From Lama guanicoe (taxonomy: Eukaryota): DNA of 64,000 nucleotides. The stretch's first letter is position 1, and each line of letters opens with the position of its first letter. The notes below the pieces were generated by a model. That model was not told the DNA's origin, searched no databases, and saw only the letters and a program-made list of their open reading frames with translations. A program made the translations under genes and the position numbers. Below, piece after piece: positions 1-12,319 of the stretch. Where the stretch lies: NCBI GenBank assembly GCA_013239625.1, contig MU053561.1, positions 622,826-686,825 on the forward strand, read 5' to 3'.

Positions 1-97
1 AGGGAGAGAGTGGTGCGCAGGGGGCGTGGGAAGTGAAGGGAGGAAGCCTCTGAGGGCTGCGGGGGAGGCGGGAGCCTGAGCCATCCCGGCCACCAAG
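1..97 (+). other. ZNF697: Probable non-coding first exon of ZNF697 (5' end not defined, may start before the window)
   Basis: Strong donor CAAG|gtaaga at 97/98 inside the CpG-rich region; no ATG needed because the start codon is in the next exon. Confidence 0.55.
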
Positions 98-694
98 GTA
101 AGAAAGGGACCCGCGAGAGAGGAGAGGGGGTCAGGAAAGGAGCCGCAGCCTGGTGGAGGCGGAGTGGGAGCCGCTCCTGGCCGGCCGTCTGGCCGCTTCC
201 TTCCCCTGACATGACAACCCAGCAAGCCTGGCTCCTGGCCACCTGGCAATGGCCATGGCACATGACTCCCGGCCCCGCCGGGGAGGGGGTGGAGAGAGGT
301 CCGCTCTCTGGCTGCTGGCTCCCTCCCCCTCAGTTATCCGGCCTGCTCAGGGGCCACAGGTGGGCCTGCTCCTCTCCCAGCGTCACGCATTGGACAGCTG
401 TCACCTTCCCGGGGGACCAGGAGCCGGGCGTGGGAATGCGATAGCCAGGAGCCACGAGACGCTGGGAAGAGGCCTGACTCTACCTGAGCGCCGAAGTCCC
501 CTGGAACTTGACTGGCCGAGCCTTAGCTTTTTCACACAGGAAGCAGGGTCGGTGACTCCCCATGCTCACCGCATGCAATTATTGCAGTCAAATGAGGGAT
601 CCGCTCAAGTGCAGGTCAGCTGCGTTGGTCATTCCAATGGGAAGTGTCTGGCAGTGCGATGGGTGAGGACCACACTCTACCACTCCCATCCCCG

Positions 695-708
695 CCAGCA
701 GGGGGCGC
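695..708 (+). promoter_or_regulatory. CTCF consensus motif (forward)
   Basis: CCAGCAGGGGGCGC matches the CTCF core consensus. Confidence 0.6.
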
Positions 709-3700
709 GCTGTTGGGGTCCCGTGCAAACTGCCCCCGGAGAAATACGGCCAGGCCCCCGGTTTCCCTATTAGTGTAAGGCGGCTGAGAGATGTGTGCTT
801 GTCTGCCTCCGCCTCTTGGCAGGAAATGAAGTTGAATCTATTAAGTGGCCGCGCTTTCGCTGTTGGAAAGGGATAGGTCTTGCCTTTCCATAGGTCCAGA
901 GGGGCCCATTGGGAAAACTCGCCGATAAACGGAGGCAAGTTCAATTCTAAATCTGACTCAGCTACTGGCTTTACTTGCCCTTCCCCTTCCTCATTCCCTG
1001 CCTCCCTCCTTCCTTCCAACATAATTCATCACATTTACCTCCACTCTGTGTCTGTATCTTCCAAATGATCTGCTTCACCTTTCAAATGGGGCTGAGTGTG
1101 TCTAGAAGGAGCTTTTTCCTAGTGACTTTATAGAGTACTAAACATTACTCCTTTTTGAGTTGGGGGGCATAGGGTAGGAGGAAAGGGACATGAAAATACT
1201 GCAAGTTCTAAGAACTAGGATTTGAGCAGTCTTGGCAAAGTTGGTTGAACCCACACCGAAGTGATCTGCATCCTACAGAAGGGATTGTGGTGGTGGTGGG
1301 TGTTCGGGGAGTTCACGGCTTGCTGTGGGAGTTGAGTCAACAAGCTGGAGCTGAAACCGTCTAATGAAACTGACAATGGTGCCTCCCTGGACTCACTCAC
1401 TCTCTGGCTTGTCATGTGATGGTGAGAGGAGGGCTCAGGCACATTCAGACCCAACCTCCTCATTGAACAGAAGCCCGGAGGGGCAAATACTCAAAGTCAC
1501 GTAGCACAGTGTCTGTGGTGGCCCAAACCAGGGCTCTCCCTCATGACTGCTAGTTCAGTGCTTAGAACCAGATGCAGGATTGATCTTACTTGCCTGACTG
1601 CTCCCACCATCACCTCTGTTTGGTTCCCCCTTCCGTTTAAACAAGTGTCCCTTCCTGGTGGGGGAGAAGAGCTCCCTTACAGATGGTGTAAGTCAAAGTT
1701 CATTGGACCATGCATACTTGAGAGGTCAACTTTCTGTACGCAGGATGGGTTATCAACATCTCCAAACCAACATGGAACTGAACGTTTTTCCTTTGTCCCA
1801 GCTCCCCTCAGCAGCTAGCCCATCCTGGGGTCTTGTCTCCACACGGTGGGCTATTCATTAATAGAGCCTTGAGTGGTCAGGCCAGAGGAATTTCTGCTTG
1901 TACTTGCCAAAGGCGATTCTCCGTGAATAAAGCTGTAAAAAGGTGACCTGCAATTTGAGAAGTGTGGGTGTGTGTTTGTGAGTGTTTTTCTTTTAAATCA
2001 AGACATTGGAATAAGTTTCATAATATAACTACCATTTACTGTATCTCTGCAATGTGCCAGTGGCTTTTACAAACATTAGTTTTACGTGGTTAGGTGGCAG
2101 CATCCTTATTTTTATGGGTGCAAAATCTGAGGCTCAGCAAGGTTCAGTGACTTGCACAAGGTGAAGTAGCTGACAGCTAGGAACCTGAACCCAGGTCAGT
2201 GTAGCCACAAAGCTATCAGCAAGCCCTGCCACCTACTAATTATCCAATCCTGACCTTGCCTAGGAAAACACGTTGCTGGTTCTAATTTTGAGAATGAATG
2301 AGAACGGAGTTGGAACAGAATGTGCCTAGATATCTAGTGACTGACACTTCAGTTCTACCAGTGTCTCAATAACGCTTCGGAAAATTAAGGCTTCTAAATT
2401 GGGGTAATCACGACTCCTAGCCTGCTCTTCCTTTCTGTTGCTTTTACAATAATCATAGGTTTTCCTTTAATGTATTTTATCACATTGAAAACAAAGTTGG
2501 CTCTATTGTAGAGAATACAGAATAAGTTGTCCCAAACAACACACCAGCTTCTGGTTAAGAATGTGGGCTTTGGAGCTGGACCGCAGGGGCTTACCCCTTG
2601 CTCTGCCACTAATGATCTGTATGACTTTGAGCTAGTCACGTCACTTAGGTGCCTAGTTCCTCGGCTCTGAAGTTGAAAAGAATCCCCTGCTTTTTGGAGT
2701 TGTTAAGACTAAATGATGCCAAGCCCCTAGATGTGGCTAAGAGCTATTTAACACTTTAACAAATAATCTTCTGGTTTTGCTCTCTGAACCCATGTAGACC
2801 TGTGTAATGCTATATGCTAGTGTGCATATACTAATAAACAAAATGAGATTATTTTTAAACCAGCTAGTTTTCATCTAATAATATATTGTGACTGTCTTTC
2901 CTTACCTCTAAATAGCCTTCTCTGTTACTTGATAGCTGCTTATAACCCTATGATGTGGTGGCATGAATGGAACGGAATCCATATTATGGGGCATGCAGAT
3001 TTCCAGTTTTGCACTGACATGATGCATTTTTAAACAAACTTGAGTCAACATTGTGCCATGAATGGTGACTCTCCAGGCGACAGGAGCTTTCCCACTCATT
3101 TCAGAGCATCCCTAATCTTCCCTCCCCTGGTGTGAATGAGGATCTGGACATGCTCCCTTTGGGAACCCAGAACTTCCTTAATTCGAGTGGGGCAGCGCTG
3201 TGAACTTCAGAGCCAGCCCTAAAGAGGAGTCTCAGACTCTGCCTCTTGCCTCGCTCTCCACTTAGGTCTCAAACAGTCATGTTTATTTATTTACTATCTC
3301 TGGTATAAATTATCTCTTGGTTCTCAGGAAATCACAAATCACAAAGTCCTCTTGTTCCATTTTTGCTGTGTCTGAGGTACTCAGAAGGTGTCCTGTCCTT
3401 CCTAAAAGGGCTTAGAAGTAAACCCTATGCTTCCCTGCTTCCCAGTGGACCCTTAAACCCTGCCCTTCTTGGTAAAGAGCAGCAGTCACTTCCGCACCAC
3501 ATTCAGGGCACCATACCCTGCATTTTAGTTTTGTGAGTTCCTGGTGACACACTTATTTCCTTTACTCTATTGCTATAAAATTCTTCTTGCTGGTCTTAGA
3601 TAGGCTGAAACTACTGATTAGGTCCCCTTTAAGTTCCCCCAACCTCTCTGCTGCTTTTAGCCACTAGCGAACCAATAGGTCACATGTTTGAAAACCTTGC

Positions 3701-5261
3701 TCTTACCTCTCCCCCCTCACCTTCGGGGTGTATTACATATGCAGACACAAGGGGTGCACTTGTCTACAGAGTCTGCGCTCCAAGAGGTCAGAGAGTGCTG
3801 GGTAGAAGCGATTTGGGGGCAACAGTCCCTTGCGGGAGAAACCTCTTAAAAGGCTTATGGCTTTAAAGGGATTTTCTCCTACAGCCCAGTCCCGAGTGTT
3901 TGAAACCTGGCATTTTTAACAGCATATATTCTAAAGGAACTCAGATGCATTCATTCCAGGACACTGCTGACTGACCAGCCTCAGTCACTGCCATTTTCCT
4001 GTGATGTTTAAAGGACAGGTTTCCTTTTTTCACTCTAATCTAGGGAGCATCTCATCAGCCCTGAGAAAGGATGTAACACGCTATTGAGGGCCATGAGTCT
4101 ACCAAAATGACGGAGGGCCTGCTGTGCCTTCGAGGTGTGCTGGAATGGCGTCAGGACTTAACGAGCGAAATAATGTGTGAATTCCATGCTTGGAATACTC
4201 GGAGTATCAATTCCACTCCGCAGTATTGCCCAAAGTGCTTTTTAATGTTTCCTTCTGACACCCTCCCTGTGAGAAAGGTTAAGTAGCCCCATCCTGTTTG
4301 CACTGATGAGGATTCTGAAACAAAGAGAGGTTAATGGACTTGCCTTGGGCTCCAGAGGAAGGCTGGCCGGGCCAGAATGGCTGCTGCCTGGAACTCCTGT
4401 TTTCCACTATGAAGAGTGGGCCGAGCTGGGGCTGCCTCTGGGAAGCCCTCTCAACAGAGGTGGGCGGGAAAAGCCAAGGTAGGGGCGTCTTGCTCAGTCA
4501 TATTCTTGCAAGTCCTATTTGGGGGCTGCCGAGGCCCCAGAGAGAGAGCTGGGCACATCAAAGTCTTAATCCAAGATCCTTGACCTATAAACTGCTGTGC
4601 TGCCCTGGGCTAAGCTCTAAGAGTGATAGATGGCAGAAGTCAATTATTTTTTGGCTCAACTGCTCGGTCTTGGCAGGGGGCCCTTATAAATTTGAAATGT
4701 AAACCTGACATCTACAGCAGGTTTAGGAACCTGATACCATTTTTTCCCTCTAATTCACACGCTGGGCTGTTCTGTAGAGGGGTTACCGACTATGCCCTAG
4801 GCATGTTCCTTTAAGGGCTCTGGACAATTAAAGTACATAATAAGGCAAAAAATGTAATAAAGCTCTAGAGATGGCTTCTCATATAGCAGATCCCTGCATC
4901 TGTTCCACCCACCCCCAGCAGACCTACTAAAGCTTGAATTACTTGGCTCGCTGCTCACAGGAGAGCAGCAGATCCTCTCTGCACAGCCAGGGTGCCACTG
5001 CTGTGGGTGACATGGTCTTAGCTGAGAAGTTCGTATACCAGTGCTTCTGTCATTCTTGTGTCTTGAATGTACTTTTTCTCTGGCTGCTCAGAGGCCCCCT
5101 CAGGATCCTCACAAGAATGCTGTGGGTTTGAGGAGGGCAAACTTTAACAAGAGGAAGGAACATGGGACTTTTAGGCAGCACGACTGGTTTAATCCCCACT
5201 TGGTTGTGTACAAGTTAGCCTGAGGCTAGCCAGCTCCTCTTTTTCTTGGGTTGGGGTGGGG

Positions 5262-5309
5262 CGGGTGCTTGCTAAGCCTGCCCTCTACCACTGAGCTATA
5301 CCGTCCTCC
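5262..5309 (-). mobile_element. Truncated tRNA-derived SINE head (Vic-1-like)
   Basis: gctaagc...ctctaccactgagctatac matches the head of the other SINE copies in the window. Confidence 0.6.
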
Positions 5310-5687
5310 AGGTCCTCCTTTTGAGCTTCAGATTTTCTCAGCTGTAAAATGGGAATACCACTGTTACCCCACTGTTAAAGCTATAGAGCCAAATTAACAG
5401 AATAATCCGCTTCATTGGTAGGAGCAGGTCGAACTGGAGTCCAGTGAGAGCAGGCATGTAGCCTCGTGAGTTGCCACTGTCCTTCTGCTACCCAGACCAT
5501 CCTCCTTTCCCCTCACTTCTATTTACATTAAAACGGGCAGTGGGGCTTGAAGCTCTGTACTCTTATTTTCACGGAAATCAAAGCCAGACATGGTGAGGGG
5601 GATGCGTCTAGACTCACAAGACCTTTATCTGTGTGTTTTATCTGGAGCAGGGATCCCTGGTCACCTCCCCTGTCCTGTTCTTCCTGG

Positions 5688-5931
5688 ATGAAACAAGAAG
5701 ATAACCAGGGCATGTGTGAAGCCCAGGACTCAGAAGACAAAGGGATGGGCACTGATTTTGAGAACTCTGAAGACAGGGAAGGGGACCCGGAAGAAAGAGG
5801 AATGGGCTCTAACCCACACGACGCAGACAAGAGAGAAGGCCGCCCAGAGCAGGAGACGGGCTCCAACCCACAGGAGGAAGCTCCCAGGGGGCACTCAGAT
5901 GAGAGAGAGCTGGTGTCTGACATCTGCACAG
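5688..5931 (+). CDS. ZNF697: ZNF697 coding exon 1 (acidic N-terminus MKQEDNQG...DICT); exon starts ~5651
   Basis: Acceptor gcag|G at 5650/5651, ATG 5688, donor ACAG|gtgagg at 5931 (phase 1); translation resembles the human ZNF697 N-terminus as I recall it. Confidence 0.9.
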
Positions 5932-6668
5932 GTGAGGGGAAAAGTGTACTCTCCCTGGTAGCTGCCCCATTCACATTTCTTTCTAGCTTGTCCAGAGTGA
6001 TAACCAGGGGCAGCATTCATTGGGAGGGAGCTCTCCAGAGGAGACCATTAAGCAGGTTCTGTACCATCTTAAGGCTGAGGAACTTCCTTTTCTTCAGTTT
6101 GGACTAAAGTGGGCTGTGCTGGTAAATATTACTTTACAGTGTACAGAATACTGCCGTCATAAATGAACAATTGTAACAGCACAAGAGGGACATAGGTAAT
6201 AGTGGGATCAACCTCATGGGGTTGTTGGACAGCAGGATGAGTTGCTGCACGTAAAGACTTAACTTAGCACAGTGCCAAGCAAACAGTATCCAGATGTTTA
6301 CAGTTACAGCTATCATCCCCTTTTGCAGATATGGAAACTTAGTGGTAAGGGACCTGCTCAGGTTCACATGGCTAATACCCAAGGCGCCCAAGGCCTCTGC
6401 TTTTCCCTTGCTATTCCTGATCTGGAAAGGGTATATGCTGGGCTTCCAACCACTTCCCTGGTTCATCTTTGGGCTTTTGTGGCTTTTGTGGCTTTATCCT
6501 ACCCTGTGCATCCCTTGGGGACAGCAATGAGCTGAAATACCTTCTGGTCAGGAACTTGAGGTTACATTCCTTACCCCTACACCTCCCAGACCCCCTGCAG
6601 CCCTCCCCTGCAGCCCTCCCCTGCAGGGCACAGAGCACGCGGTCTTCCACATCTCAGTAACTGTCTGG

Positions 6669-6683
6669 AGCGCCCTCTGCTGA
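6669..6683 (-). promoter_or_regulatory. CTCF-like motif (reverse) in ZNF697 intron
   Basis: Minus strand reads TCAGCAGAGGGCGCT. Confidence 0.5.
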
Positions 6684-7383
6684 GGGGCTGCCAGTCAGGG
6701 ACAGACAGGTATGTGTCCCCGCTCAGACTCTAAGCTGGACTCGCAAGCTCCAGGCCCTGCACTCACTTCCCTCTCTCTCCTTCCCTCTTCACCCCCTACC
6801 CCCTTACATAGTAAAAAGCCCTTAAGCTGGGGTGTGTTTGCTGTTTCACCTTCAGCTGTTCCTGACTGACCAATCATATTTTAAAAATCAGCCCAGGGCT
6901 TGGTTAGGCCAGGTAGTCTTTTTTTGTGGCTGGCTGGAGTGGTCCTGTCTTCTGAGGCTGGTCCCTGAAAGGCGCTGGTGGCTCTAAGAGTAAGCAAATT
7001 TCTTCGGAGATCCCCAACTTGCCCATCTCAAGCAGCCTGTGAGGCTTACAGGTGGCTCTGCTGAGCAGACCCTCGTCCAGTGGGTGGGGCCTGGGCCAAG
7101 GGACAGGTGCCTGAAGAGCTGGAGGGCAGGCGGGGTTGGGGGGGCAGGTTAATGAGCTTTCCCCCCTGCTTTCGGCATTCGCTTTCCTTTAGGCTTTCCC
7201 CTGGAGAACCACGTGGGCAGGAGGCTGGAATGGAGGTGGGGGGACCTTGGAAAGAGAGAGGGTGAGCGTACCTGGGGAAGGGTATTACCCATGGGGCACA
7301 CTCTTAACTGTCACTGGCTACCTCTGGGTTTACCTCCTGAGGGTCAAGTGTAGTCACCCCCACTGCTGCCGTTTCTGTTGCAG

Positions 7384-8747
7384 AGGGGCTGCTGAGTGAG
7401 GAAGGAGGGATTGCTCTCCGTGAGGAAGAGGATGACCAATCTGGAGTAGCTGAAATGGCGATGTTCCCAGGACTGTCTGAGTCCGACAGCGTTTCCCGGA
7501 GTCCCCGAGAAGAGGAGGAGGAGGAGGAGAGCGCGGGGGAGAACCGCCTAGAGGAGGAAGAGGAGCAGCCGCCCCCTCCGGTGCTTCCCTGGAGGCGGCA
7601 CCTCTCCCTGGGGACCCGGCACCGGGGCGAAAAACCTGCCCACCGCCGCTTCCGCCGGCTCCACCACCCCATGGCCATGGACCTCGGGGAGCTCGACAGC
7701 CTGATGGCCAGCATCATGGATGCGCCCACCATCTGCCCCGACTGCGGGGAGAGCTTCAGCCCGGGCGCCGCCTTCCTGCAGCACCAGCGCATCCACCGCC
7801 TGGCAGAGGCCGCCGCGGCGGCCAGCCTGGAGCCCTTCGGCTTCGCGGGCGAGTGCGGCGCGGCGGTCGGGGTGGGGGGGGTGGAGCCCTTCCGCTGCGG
7901 CGAGTGCGGCAAGGGCTTCAGCCGCAACACCTACCTGACCAACCACCTGCGGCTGCACACGGGCGAGCGGCCCAACCTGTGCGCCGACTGCGGCAAGAGC
8001 TTCAGCTGGCGCGCCGACCTGCTCAAGCACCGGCGCCTGCACACGGGCGAGAAGCCCTACCCGTGCCCGGAGTGTGGCGAGGCCTTCAGCCTCAGCTCGC
8101 ACCTGCTGAGCCACCGGCGCGCGCACGCGGCGGCCAGCGGCGCGGGGCCGGCGGCGCTGCGGCCCTTCGCCTGCGGGGAGTGCGGCAAGGGCTTCGTGCG
8201 CCGCTCGCACCTGGCCAACCACCAGCGCATCCACACGGGTGAGAAGCCGCACGGCTGCGGCGAGTGCGGCAAGCGCTTCAGCTGGCGCTCGGACCTGGTG
8301 AAGCACCAGCGCGTGCACACGGGCGAGAAGCCCTACATGTGCTCCGAGTGCGGCGAGACCTTCAGCGTCAGCTCGCACCTCTTCACGCACAGGCGCACGC
8401 ACTCGGGCGAGCGGCCCTACGTCTGCCGCGAGTGCGGCAAGGGCTTCGGGCGCAACTCGCACCTGGTGAACCACCTGCGCGTGCACACGGGCGAGAAGCC
8501 CTTCTGCTGCGGCCAGTGTGAGAAGCGCTTCAGCGACTTCTCCACGCTCACGCAGCACCAGCGCACGCACACGGGCGAGAAGCCCTACACCTGCATCGAG
8601 TGCGGCAAGAGCTTCATCCAGAGCTCGCACCTGATCCGCCACCGGCGCATCCACACCGGCAACAAGCCGCACAAGTGCACCGGCTGCGGCAAGGGCTTCC
8701 GCTACAAAACGCACCTCGCGCAGCACCAGAAGCTGCACCTGTGCTAG
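7384..8747 (+). CDS. ZNF697: ZNF697 coding exon 2: acidic region plus 11 C2H2 zinc fingers; total CDS 1608 nt, 535 aa
   Basis: Acceptor ttgcag|AG at 7383/7384 joins in frame (E-GLLSEE...MAMFPG); TGEKP linkers; ends HQKLHLC-TAG; synteny with HSD3B/HAO2. Confidence 0.95.
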
Positions 8748-8770
8748 GGCTGGGCCCGGGGAGCGCGTCG
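7480..8770. other. Intragenic CpG island over the zinc-finger exon
   Basis: Near-total GC at third codon positions and dense CpG. Confidence 0.85.
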
Positions 8771-11700
8771 GGACTAGTTGTCCTGGGGACAGACCCTAGA
8801 GAAGGAAATGGGGGAGGGGCGGGAGGGACAATCTGAGAATGACTGGGGAGCCTTTAGGTGTTTGGGGTCCTGAAGGGGAAGGTAGAGTAAGAGTTGTTCT
8901 TTCGGGGTGCTGGGTTTTTGCCTGCCTCTTCATCTTTGGGAGATGTGCTTGAGCCTGGTGACTTCATATACACGCCGTAGGGGTAAAGAGCGTGGAGGGG
9001 CAGGCACTTGAGGACCTTGAGGAAGGCGAGCTAGCGGGGTAGGGGAGGGAACCGGATGGCAGGCAATAGAATAGTTTGGGCTGTGATGGTCTAGGGGAAG
9101 CAGGGAGGGAGTGTGGTTGGAATGAGGGTTATTGGGTAAAACAAAAAGTGGGCGTGAATAATTCTATCCTGGTTTCACCAGGTATGGAGCCACTGTTTGC
9201 CCTGTCCCCCCACATCAGCTCTAGTCCCACGAAAAGTAGAGGAACCTTGTCAATCTTACAGGAGTGGATACTTTGTGTCCGCTTCCCTTCCTCTCTCTGA
9301 GCCACCGTTAGCTGCTATTTTGAGACATCCAGGGGAAACTGGGCAGAAAAGCTACACACCCTCATTTCAAGGGCCGAATTTTGGAGGTTTGGAAATTCTT
9401 TCATAACTGGTTTTCAGATCTTGGAAATCTTGGTCCTGCTCCTGGTTCTTGGCTACTTCCTCTAAAATATTGTAGCTTCTTGCTGGGTCAAGGTTGTCTA
9501 TGTGGATGACCAGACCCCTGCCCCTGGTGTCAGGTGTGTTCCAGGCCCAGGATTTCCTTCAGGTCTCATCTGTGATCCCAGCTCTGTGTGACTTTTCCTT
9601 CCCCGAGTCTGCTTGATGTTTGTTTCAAGTTGCCCCGGTGACCTGCTACAAAAGTCCAGTAGCTTAGAGTTTTGCTGGCCTTGTGGGATAAACCCAGGAA
9701 AGCAAATGTTCACATGTTGGGGTGCAAGGCTTCTTCCTCTTACTTGCCTTCACTTTTTATCTGTGTACCCCTCCCCCTCTGCAGTAATGGAGGCGCTATT
9801 CCAACCCCCACCTCCATCCCTATTGATATGGGTTCTGGTGTGAGTAGAAATTTCTCTTTCCTATGTAGGGAGGCACAATAGAAAGCTTCAGACTTTACCC
9901 AAGGAGGGCACAAGCAGGGAGAGGTGTAAATGCAAAATTGCCAAATAGCACAAGCAATGAATGTTTTCTGGTTGTTATATAAATGCCAAAAGAGCACTTT
10001 TGTATTTGTAAAGTGCTTTATGCTTTTTAATGATTGTTAGTTGTTTCTCGCGTCTTTGTGAGGTAGAGCAGTATTATGACCCCCGTCTTAGGGCGGGCTT
10101 GGGGACAGAGGTGCAGTGCGCAGTTCTGAAGAGAGGCAGTGACGGTGTGGATAGGTGTGGTCTGACTTTTTGTGCTCTCCAGCTCAGCTGCTAGGAAGAC
10201 TTACCTGCCATGATTTATATCATAAAATAAGGACACTGAACATTCTTAATGCTTGATGGAAAACTTAAGGCTAGTCTAGAAGGGCCAAAGATGTCCTAGT
10301 TGACAAAGCTGGTCTTTGTCATGTAATTAGAGTGTCCTAGAGATGTTCCATTTCTAGTAGGGACTGTAGTTAGATGACTCTTGTATAGACTTCAGTGACC
10401 TCTGCTGAACACCCCTCCCTTAGGTTAGCCTTGAGAAGGTAGAGTTGTGGAAAGCAGTTTTGTTTTCTTTGCTAGTGATTATTGCCCTACACTTTTCATG
10501 GAAGTATCTTCACAAACTGTTGGACACACTTGAAGGGAAAAAAAAAAAAGCCCACAAGATTGTTTTTGTGATTTTAGCAACTTTCTATGGATACTGGTGA
10601 TTTATACTTGATCAGTTGTATTCAAGCAAAGAACCTCCTTGGGTACCACAGGAAAGCATGTTTTTGCCATTATAAAAAACACTTATTTAAAAACCCTGAG
10701 AATTCGGGGCTTGTGTCAAGCCTGCTGATCTTGCCCTGTTGATCAGTTTATTGTTATTCACAAAGGCGAATAGATTTTCGAAATATAGATAGTTCTGGAA
10801 GATCCGAATTCCTTTTAATTTTCTTTTAGTCAAGAGTAGTCTGAGTAAAGCAAGCGTCCATTATTTATTCTGACTTGTCGTCTGAATACTAAGTGTGTAA
10901 GACTCACAGGAAAATAATAGAGCCAATTTGCAGGTGCCCTTTCTCCTTTGTGTGTTTTTTTTTTCCATGCACATCTACCTCTTCCAGCTGTTTTAAGTTC
11001 TCTTGAGTCTGTGCGTATGAAATCTCATCCAACTTTTGATTATTCATGGGTTGATGATCAACTTTATGGGTGACTTGGTCTTTTGCTGAAGTTTTCATAC
11101 TATTGCATAATCTCCTCAGCACCCAGGGTGTCCTGTAGCAGCAGATTTCGAGAGTGGGTTCAATGAGGAGAAGAGATTGAAGTTAATGTGAAATAATTTA
11201 ATGGCAGTGGAAATCTTTGGATTTCATTGACCTTTCCTGTTCTGTCTATTACCTTGGAAAAGAGAGCCAGCTACTACTTCTGTATCTCTCCTGTGAGCGC
11301 ATCCTTTAGCAAAGAAGACAGTCCAGCCATTAATGCCCCACTCTCCTGGTGCATCTCAAATGTGATTCCATTTCTCTTACAATTCTTCAGGGAACATATC
11401 TGCGTTAAGTGAGGTTGAATGCATTCAGGAGGTTGTTTCTTGGATCTAGTTTTAGGATTTCTAAAGCAAACCCTGGCAACTGGTTCACCCTTGAAAACGT
11501 TCATCTGAAGATTCCTTCCACCAAGTCATTCATGATGGTGGAGGCAAGTGTATCATTTGTTCCCTGAGGAGTTTGGTCAAGGGCAGGCCGCCCTTTACGG
11601 AGCAGAACCTGGAGCAGTTTTAAATAGGTTAACTGGCTTGATTAAATATTGAACGCTGTGTTCGAAGAAGAGGAGGAGAAGTTAAGCCCTTGAGCCATGT

Positions 11701-12080
11701 GGCCTCTTCAAGATCAGGAGGCTATACATATGTGAAAAAAGACAAACTAAGAAACCGTGTTCATAGACAATCTGAACTGTTTCTAAAGTGTGTGCGCATT
11801 TTCCTTTCCTGTAATGTTATTTTACAGCCGTTTGTTAAAATAGTGAATAATTTAATGATCCTAAAAGTAACAGGTTTTGTATGTGTGTGTGTGGGTGTGT
11901 GCTTGTGTATGTGAGAATTGCCTTATTTTCAGGTGGTTTTATTTAATAATGGTTTCTTGGACAGCATTCTGGCGTCCAGCAACCAATCCGGAATATTTGT
12001 CATTAAATCCATATCCGTCTTTTACCATGTCATTCTTTCCTCTTTTTACTTGTCACTCATTAAATATCACTCAGTTCAGT
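8748..12080 (+). other. ZNF697: Probable long 3' UTR of ZNF697 with ATTAAA poly(A) signals at 12002-12007 and 12059-12064
   Basis: Repeat-poor, AT-rich sequence after the stop; ATTAAA hexamers just before a MER58 element; the end point is inferred. Confidence 0.45.
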
Positions 12081-12106
12081 CTATGGAAGCTCCATTCTGG
12101 TAAAGC

Positions 12107-12319
12107 AGGAGTGTCCAAACTATCAAATACAGCCTGCCCCTTGGTGTAAACAAAACTTTGTTGAAATACTGTTCTACCCAGACAGCCTTCTTACCTAGTG
12201 TCTGTGGCTGGTTTTGCACTAAAACAGCAAGGTTGAGTAGTTGTGACAGCGGCGACGTGACCCACAATCCTGAGATACTTACTGTCTGGACCGGTACAGA
12301 GAGAGCTTGCTGCCTCCTG
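12107..12319. mobile_element. MER58A-like hAT-Charlie DNA transposon relic
   Basis: cagg...cctg termini; internal gttgagtagttgtgacag and tttactgtctgg-like motifs typical of MER58. Confidence 0.65.

Larger units (their letters stand above)
1..900. promoter_or_regulatory. ZNF697: CpG/GC-rich 5' region (promoter/first exon/intron 1) of ZNF697
   Basis: High GC with many CpGs and GC-box-like motifs (ggggcgtgg, ggaggcgg), upstream of the ZNF697 coding exons. Confidence 0.7.

Noticed and set aside
211..1068. ORFs in the ZNF697 5' CpG region
   Set aside because: GC-rich intron 1 sequence with no recognisable protein similarity
7548..8738. 396-aa antisense ORF (and other overlapping ORFs) on ZNF697
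   Set aside because: Shadow of extreme GC3 codon bias in the zinc-finger exon; the repetitive translation simply mirrors the finger repeat
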